Part shown: positions 10,914-18,045 of the stretch, piece after piece | How positions within the stretch are numbered: position 1 is the first letter of the stretch | Layout of the letters: each line of letters starts with the position of its first letter | Assembly: GCA_051294375.1 (NCBI GenBank) | Contig: JBJCIZ010000872.1 | Location: forward strand, 1-18,045 | DNA length: 18,045 bases | Source: Paraspadella gotoi | Lineage: Eukaryota > Animalia > Chaetognatha | Direction of reading: 5' to 3' | Program-made: the position numbers and the translations under genes | The notes under the pieces: generated by a model | Seen by the model: only the letters and a program-made list of their open reading frames with translations | Database searches by the model: none | Told to the model about the DNA's origin: nothing

Positions 10914-11200
10914 CTGTAAAATAAAAGAAAGGCACGAAATAAAAAATTAAGAAATAAAAATTAATAACATTTACAAGTGTGCGGAAAAATGCAGATTAAA
11001 AAAGCCTAGGTAATTTATTAATCAAAGGTACATTTTTGCGACTTTATCTTATCATAAGCACATTTAATAATTGTTTAGGATGCCTGACTGAGAAAATACT
11101 CAGACCGACACAATGGCGCAATATTACTTATTTACTGTGCCAAATAAAATAAGTAAATCACGCTTTGACCTAACCACCAATATTTTAAAAGCTCAGTGGT

Positions 11201-12353
11201 TTAACAGGGGAGGGAGCTTCCGTAAACCCCAAACCTCTTAAACAATGATTCTATGTGCTGTAACAAGATTTTAGCCCCCATATCTCCAGAAGGGAGGTTA
11301 GGGCTGTATGCTAAACCCGTCCCGGCAAACAACTTCAAAAAAAAATATAAAACAAACTCAAATATCTCCCCGCCGGGACCCCACGGACACCAAGCTGCCC
11401 ACAAACACAAGTGAGAGCAGCGGCGCTTTGGTCATGGCACCGCCGCCTCCTCACACGCTGCTGCCGGGTACTCGCCCGTCGGAGCCTGTCCTCACGACCT
11501 TTCACCCGACCCCGGAATAAACCATTACCCTTTGGCGACGAGACGGCAGACTAAAAAAGCCGACATACGTCACTAATCGCCTCAGGCGATCTTTACTTCC
11601 ACACTGGCGTTGGACAAAGTTGCTCAGTCTTCATCCAGAGTCGGAACCGGAGGGAGGGGCAAAGCCTCCGCCCACACTAAGGCTGCCAACTCCGCCAGCC
11701 CAAGCAGACGCGCTGCCAGGGGGCCGTTACAACCCCCGGCGTTTCAACGTCTTCTCCAAGATCATGTTCACTTCCGGGCGCAGCACTAAAAACCGCCTCT
11801 AGCACTCCTCATGCAAATCTTGCTCCACCAACGCAAGATCCGGATCTAAAGGTGACGTAAAAAGTTGTCAAACTTCCGGTAAAGACCAGACGCTAGCCAA
11901 AAGCGGAAGCCGAAGCTGCATCGCCCTGGCGCCGCCGACGCCTTAACACAAGAAGCCGAGCCTTCTTTTTCTGTTCCCTCGTCCGCCGATTGACCGCCGC
12001 CGGTGTAACCGGACTGGAGTCCTGCTGAACAGGAGCAGGTTGTCTCCGCTGACCATGGTGCAGAGCGCCACTATCTGCTGGTGCCGGAGCAACGTTCGGA
12101 CCACCACGCGCAATCGCTACAGTCGCAGGACGCCAGCGCGCCAATATGGGCGCCGGACTTTCGCGGCGACGACGCAAGGCGCAGCAGAGAATACCAAAGC
12201 CGGGGCTGAACGCCTCGCCGACCTCGGCACCGGAACGCGCACCACAAAGACACCTTTTCACTGGTGGAGGCTTGTATCTTGAAGCTTTGAAAAATTCAAA
12301 GATTTGTTCCCGCTTTAAACCTTGGAGAAAACTCGACAAGGACGGTCTCAAAC
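11201..12353 (-). pseudogene. Large coding-like exon(s) of an unknown, low-complexity Ala/Pro/Arg-rich protein, frame-disrupted
   Basis: A strong minus-strand acceptor (CTTTGTTTTCCTCCCTTTTTTCCAG|G, AG at 12354-12355) is followed by an open frame to 11893. Further protein-like pieces follow (SPLDPDLALVEQDLHEEC; GDMGAKILLQHIESLFKRFGVYG). Confidence 0.4.
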
Positions 12354-13223
12354 CTGGAAAAAAGGGAGGAAAACAAAGAACGAAGCGACAATACCGCGAC
12401 GTCCGTATTGAAAACCCGTTATGCAAATGAGGCAAAAATAATAAAAAATTTTTTTTTTCTTTTTTCCAAAATAAAAATTTCAAAAAATCGCGAATCTTCA
12501 AAATAACAAGCCCGAGATGACGTACGATAAAAACCGAAAACGCGAATAAAATCGGCATAAACGATTACAACTGTACGCCAAAATCCCATTTTGATCTACT
12601 AAAATGTGAAATCCGTACATAAAAAATTAGACAAATGAGATAATTCGAAAATTTCATTTTTACTGTCAAAATCTGAACAAAAAATTTCGAGTAGGGGGTG
12701 CACTTACGAAAATCGAAAATAAATAAATAAATTAAATATTTTTTTAAAAACCCTACTTCCAGTCACTAAATAATAAAATAAATTCTTAAATAAAGTACTA
12801 ACCAAAACAAAACAGTTTCTGAAGAAAACATTGTCTTAAACAGAAAAATAAATAATCAAAAAATTCAAATCTGAAAAATAATTTAATCAGAATTTCAGGT
12901 TAGGTACAGTCCCTATGGGGAAATTCATTCGGCCGAAGCAAAAATAAGCAAATTGGGAAAACGAATTTTTTTTTTCGGCCGAAGCCTCTGTAAAAAGAAT
13001 TTCGGTTATGCATAGCAATAAAATGAAAAAATAACACAAAGAGTAAGTTCTTTGAGGTGAGGTATTCGTATTTAATTAACTTTCCCCCAACTAATATCAA
13101 ACGGATGATTTTTAAAATCGATCGCGATCGAAAATTTTTCATTCGGTCCGCACGAACGCGCGCCGCCCGTACGAGTCGTTGCTAGGCACCCTTTCTGATA
13201 AACGCCGGGCCTCCACATGCTCG

Positions 13224-14668
13224 TCAACTTGGTTTCGTCACAAGAAGAGCGAGTAGGCCGACCTCTGGATCCAATGTGGATAAGATGTCGTCTGACGTTA
13301 AAGGATGATAATTCTCGGCGTCGAGGCCGAGACGATGGAATTGCTCATGATCGGATGCTTCGCCTCGGAGGACAGCGTTGAAGCGTTTTCCCCCCGCAGT
13401 CGACGAAGGAGACAACTAACGAAGAGGCGAGAGATTCTCCAGCCAATCCGCGATGTCGAGACCGAATAAACATGAGAAAAAGTTCCATCTTAAACCGAAA
13501 TATTTTTTACAATTAGCGAAGAGGCTTCGCTGTCGATTGAATTTATCGACGAGAGACCTCGAGGGATGCTTCTTGCCGCAGATCACGTTGAAAACCAAAA
13601 AAGTTTTTAACACGCGCTAACGAAATCAGCAATGACGATCCAGCATCCACGAGGCAACGGAAAACATGGGCGGAGAACGGGACAGCATCGACGAGGACGG
13701 AGCCACCCGCGACAACTCGGCGACGAGACCCAGAAGATCTTTGGTTACCATGGAGACTAGACGCTCATTATTTGGCCACGTCGATCCCAATATCCAAAGA
13801 GTGATCAGCCCGCATCATGGAATTGTTCCATATCACCATTTTCCCGTGAAAGAGAGAGAGAGAGGCCCAGATTCGCATCATCAGGACGTTTCTCCATTCG
13901 TCCACCAAGACGATCCATGAATTTAGATAATTCGATATTTGAAAAACGAGAAAAACGCGATTTTTTTTAGCTCGAATTTACTATATTTGACGATAAACGA
14001 AAATCGCCATTAAAAAATAACGAATTTAAAACATGAACTTATCTCAAACGGTGAGACGAATTAGGCGACATTATGGATAATAATTTTACTCAAAGACTAA
14101 ACTTTGACGCAACGTAACATAATGACGCCGCAGGCATCTCAGAGGCATCCAGAAGAAGAACATCTCCGGCGTCGTCTCTGTAGGCCTGATCGCGATCCAG
14201 AGATAACATCTCGATGGAAGAAAATTACATTGCATCCAGTCACCTCGGCCCGCTTAAAACGTATCGTCGACCGAATTCGCTCCACAGCGAAGCCACCCTG
14301 CACGTTGAAGACACGCTTCGCTGATGGGGCCGGAAAATATCGGCGTCGAAATGTCGCCGAAACTCACGGCTGAGCTGCACGTTGTCGACATCGATACGAA
14401 GTCAGGTTGTCAGATGAATTTCCGCGGCGCTCGACGACCCCATGGCCGATCAGATCGTCGACGGTCCCGTCATCTTTGTAGAAAGGGAAACTTTCTACCG
14501 CGGCAAATTCGATTCTCGGCCTCCACGAGATGAATAAAAAGAGAGAAATCTTCTCTCGCGCTGGTAATGCGTCGTCACCACACGCAAGAATGTCGACGGC
14601 GAAGGACATCCTCCAAATCCTGATGGAATGCGTCGTCAACCGAAGAAATCTTCAATTTACCACCTTTG
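13224..14668 (-). pseudogene. Coding-like, frame-disrupted segments of unknown protein(s) downstream of gag
   Basis: GC-rich blocks at ~14110-14668, ~13625-13918 and ~13224-13460 give protein-like minus-strand translations (IEFAAVESFPFYKDDGTVDDLIGHGVVER; MVTKDLLGLVAELSRVAPSS; EQFHRLGLDAENYHPLTSDDILSTLDPEVGLLALLV). They are separated by AT-rich spacers. No family recognised. Confidence 0.4.
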
Positions 14669-15023
14669 GTCTAGGGAGTATAGACTCAGAGCCGAGAATA
14701 AAATAATTTAACGAGACTAAGCTGAATTTTCAATCACTTTGTAAAATGGATATTCTAAAAACAAAAAACGCAAATCTCCCATAATCCAAATAATACAAAG
14801 CTGAACACTGTCGTTGCTCAGACGACGATCGCGATTGGCGCCGCAGGGCAGAAACGCGCCTCTGCTCGACGGCTAAACAGCAAAGTCACGTAGCCTTTCA
14901 AACCGCGCCGGTCCTGACCAATCTGGCAGCGGCGTTAGACTAGATTTTTCCCGCTGCTCGTCGATGTCGAATTGCGTGAAGATACTTTTGAAAATCCCGC
15001 GATCTCAACGGGGCTCAATCCGT

Positions 15024-16265
15024 CTAGTGGAGAAGCGGATGATGATTTTTATCGCAAAAGCAGCGCTCCTTTGAAGGGCAGTTTTCGACACGATGACCGC
15101 TTCCCAAGCAGTTGAAGCAGCGGGCCTGAGAGACGCACAGTTTTCGACGATCTGCGGGCCACAGACGTTGAAACTTTTCGCAGCTATGCAAATAGTGGCG
15201 TCCCTTGCAAAGTGAGCATGGAATAAAAGTTTTTGATCCCGGCGTGGACGACGACGCCGACTCTGAAGACGGCGTTCCCGTTGATGCAGGAACGGCTGCG
15301 GCGGCCACCGAAGCCTTCTTTTTCTTCGATGATTTGACCGCTGATGCGGCGTTGACCCTTGCCGCCATCTTCGCTTTGCTCGTCGCCACTGAATCTTTCC
15401 CATTTTTCGCCGGTGGTCTGAAATCGAGAACTTCTTGGTTTATGGCAAGAAAAGACAAGAAATCAATAAAGGAGAGATCGTTGTTCCATTCATGATTCTG
15501 TCTAAAAATAACCACTTTTTTCGCCCACTTATCTGAAAGGTGTGGCATCCGTTTGGAGAGCAGATCCGCCATGACGGCCGCACGGTCGAGGTCTGCGAGT
15601 CGGTCCGTCTCCTTTGCGAGGTCGTACACCTGCTGCAAAGTGATCAGAAGACCATGATGACCCGCTGAGTCCTTTTGATCGAGCTTCGGACCGCTGAGGA
15701 TCTGTTCAATCATTTCGTCCGCCGTCGTCCGCTTCATTCCCCACTTTCTCTTGAGAACGCCAAGGGCGTCGCTAAGAGCCGCGGTAGCGTCTAACCGAGA
15801 TAGAAATTGATCGATGGAATGCTTGGGAAGACCGTCGAACCAGTGAGGAAGCTCCTTCAACTTCATTGGATCCGTAGCGCCCTCCAACACGCAGACGCTG
15901 ACGTTAAAATCGCGAAGTTAATGCTCAAAGTCTAAACGCGACGAAGACTCGTTGACCTTGATCTTTGGGCGCTGCTGCTGAAGCATTTGGTAGGCGAGCG
16001 TTTGAGCTTGAATCTCCAAAAAACCCGTCGCCATTGCAGCGGAGCGGACGAAGGCTGCCTTGGACGGCGCCGCATCAGAGGATGACGCCGTTTGATGCCT
16101 TGAGGCGACAGAGACGTTCATTACCGCATCAGTCGGCGAAACGTCCCTTTCAATTAACGCCGGCGTTTCGGCGATCATCGCCGCAGCGGCAGGAACGCCG
16201 GCAGGCGGGGTAGGCATGGAACTGGGAGGAGGATTCACTCCCCTCGTTCTCAACGCCTCACGCAC
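15024..16265 (-). pseudogene. gag: BEL/Pao-type retrotransposon Gag (DUF1759-like capsid region plus three C-terminal zinc knuckles), interrupted by one in-frame stop
   Basis: The C-terminus reads PCSLCKGRHYLHSC...RCFNCLGSGHRVENC...RCFCDKNHHPLLH, the triple-knuckle signature of BEL/Pao Gag. ORFs 15918..16265 and 15024..15890 are in the same frame (starts 375 nt apart). They are separated by a single TAA at 15918-15920 (RLDFEH*LRDFNV). Confidence 0.85.
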
Positions 16266-18045
16266 GCAATCCTCTCTTGAAGAGTCCCTTTATCCGCGTC
16301 GCGCAAAAACTCCAATGGTACGAACTGCGGACTTGGCGGATCAGCGGCAGGCGGAACGCCATCGGTTTCCGTTCCAACGCCCGCCGCCTCCTCGCATCCA
16401 GTTCCGGTTCCGGCGATGATGACACGATGTCGTCGAGAATTGACGCCGACTTTGTAGACGTGAGGCGATTCATGGCAGTGAATCGTCGAATCATCGACGG
16501 AGTGGAGTTTGAAGACGGTTGACGAGCTGTTGGAGAGAGGGCTCAAGACGGGGGGAGAGAGACTGAGCCCGACCCACTCGCCGTACGCGATGTTGAGAGG
16601 CGATGACGTTGAAACAGGTCACTTCTCGACTTCGCCAAGACTCGTCTACCGGCCTCTGCAATCTTCACTTCTTCTCTCAATTCTTTCCATTCTCGTCACT
16701 TGTGCTTCGGCGGCAGCGCGGGTACACACGTCGTATCTCCGCCGATTCACCAACTCTCTCAATCTATCCGAAGCTCCATGAAGAGTCGAAAACTGTACAA
16801 AATCCTGCGCACTCCCATCGACGCCGACGCGAGACGCTTCATCAATAATCGACCACCTTCTGTATTCTCTTGGCGACAGATTGATGTTTGATGAAGACTC
16901 TGTTCTCTCGTCGTCCTGTTGCAAGCGACAGACGCAGCCTCTGACCCTCCAAAACCTCGCCGAGCGTCAGGGGCAATCTCGAAGCTGGCAGTTGCATTCG
17001 CTGCGAGTCGATGTTGAATGATGAGTGGCATTTCTCTCATGTGCGCTGATCATCCGTCAACGCCGAAACGGCGTCAAACGGAAAATGACGGACTTTTTGA
17101 TTCGACGTCATCTTCTAGAGTCGGTGGAGGGGACGATAATGGTCGGGTTGGACGCAGACGTAGTCGTCGTCGGGATGGTTTGCAGCGAAGGACGGTTGGG
17201 CGTTAAGTTCCGATTCCTTCTGCATCGTCGTCATCCGTGCTGCGGCGGATACGGAGCGTCCTGTCGAACGTGATGCTTTCAACCGATGAAACAGTGTCGA
17301 CATATGAATTGGCCGCGAATCGCGCTGCGGCAATGTCAAGGATGTTGCTGAGGCGATCGAGGAGCTCCGACAAAAGCTCCAACGCCTCGTCATTCCATCT
17401 ACCCTCTTGTCTATCGTGGAACGGATGACTTCACAAATTGCCTTAATGGAATCTATCCGGTTGGCTTCCGCGATGTTTTCTTCCGTCGGCGGCCTTGGCG
17501 CGATCGTACGAAATCGCTTGAGCCTTCACCACCGTCGACGTTGAGGTTCGTAGGAAGACGTTGCATTCCTGAAGGGTTGACTCGTCGGGATAGAGTCATT
17601 TCCGCCGTGAAGAAGGGTGTCGATATCTCGGATGGCTAAGTTTGGGAGAGGGTTTCAGCCGGTCGTCTTGAAGCAGTCGATATCCTTCTCTTTCGCCGCA
17701 CTAGAGCGGGGCTTTATCCCGTCTTACAAAACGAACGGCGAGGTCCACAAAAGACGCCGAAAAGGGAGTTCCATAAAGGCTCTCGGCACTCGAGCTTCTC
17801 GACGGATTTTTGATTGCTGGCGCGCTTATTTCTTCCCGTTCCTATTCGTCGCCGCGATGGCATGAAAAGACGGCGTTGAAGTCGAAGGAAGGCTTCGCGA
17901 AGTTTGGTGGCAGCCGACAAACGCAAAGACGAAGAAATAAAACCGGACTTCAATCTCACTGCCAGTTTCGAGAAGGAGCGGTGATGCACAATCCGTCAAC
18001 GTCTTCAAAATACGTTCGACGGCGTCGTCGCTAGTCCGAGGATCC
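16250..18045 (-). pseudogene. Frameshifted N-terminal extension of the Gag-like ORF, continuing beyond the window end
   Basis: GC-rich, intron-free block contiguous with gag. Overlapping minus-strand ORF fragments join by frame changes (e.g. ...DKGTLQERIA / VREALRTRG at ~16265). Helical, protein-like segments include WNDEALELLSELLDRLSNILDIAAARFAANSYVD (starting ~17397) and LSAATKLREAFLRLQRRLF. Confidence 0.6.

Noticed and set aside
13330-13835. Possible internal protein repeat (GDMEQFHDAG vs SDHEQFHRLG)
   Set aside because: Only a 4-residue exact match with no extendable alignment.
15205-18034. Many short plus-strand ORFs and the Arg-rich alternate-frame ORF 15005..15403
   Set aside because: They are antisense or alternate-frame shadows of the GC-rich gag-like ORF, with no recognisable motifs.

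Overview
AT-rich eukaryotic-looking genomic DNA with no prokaryotic operons, RNA genes or CRISPR array. The sequence appears indel-noisy, especially ~7.0-8.4 kb. There are three main components. (1) A ~4.45 kb non-autonomous DNA element (3670-8120) has ~0.93-1.09 kb terminal inverted repeats bounded by TA. It sits exactly at the junction of a ~1.9 kb direct duplication (1808-3667 / 8125-10032). (2) A long, frame-disrupted minus-strand ORF runs from beyond 18045 to 15024. It ends in a BEL/Pao-type Gag with three zinc knuckles and then stops, with no visible protease, RT or integrase behind it. (3) Downstream on the same strand is a chain of GC-richer, coding-like islands of unknown product, many bounded by GT-AG splice signals and separated by T-rich intron-like DNA. 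Smaller hairpins, tandem repeats and (GA)n tracts are also present.
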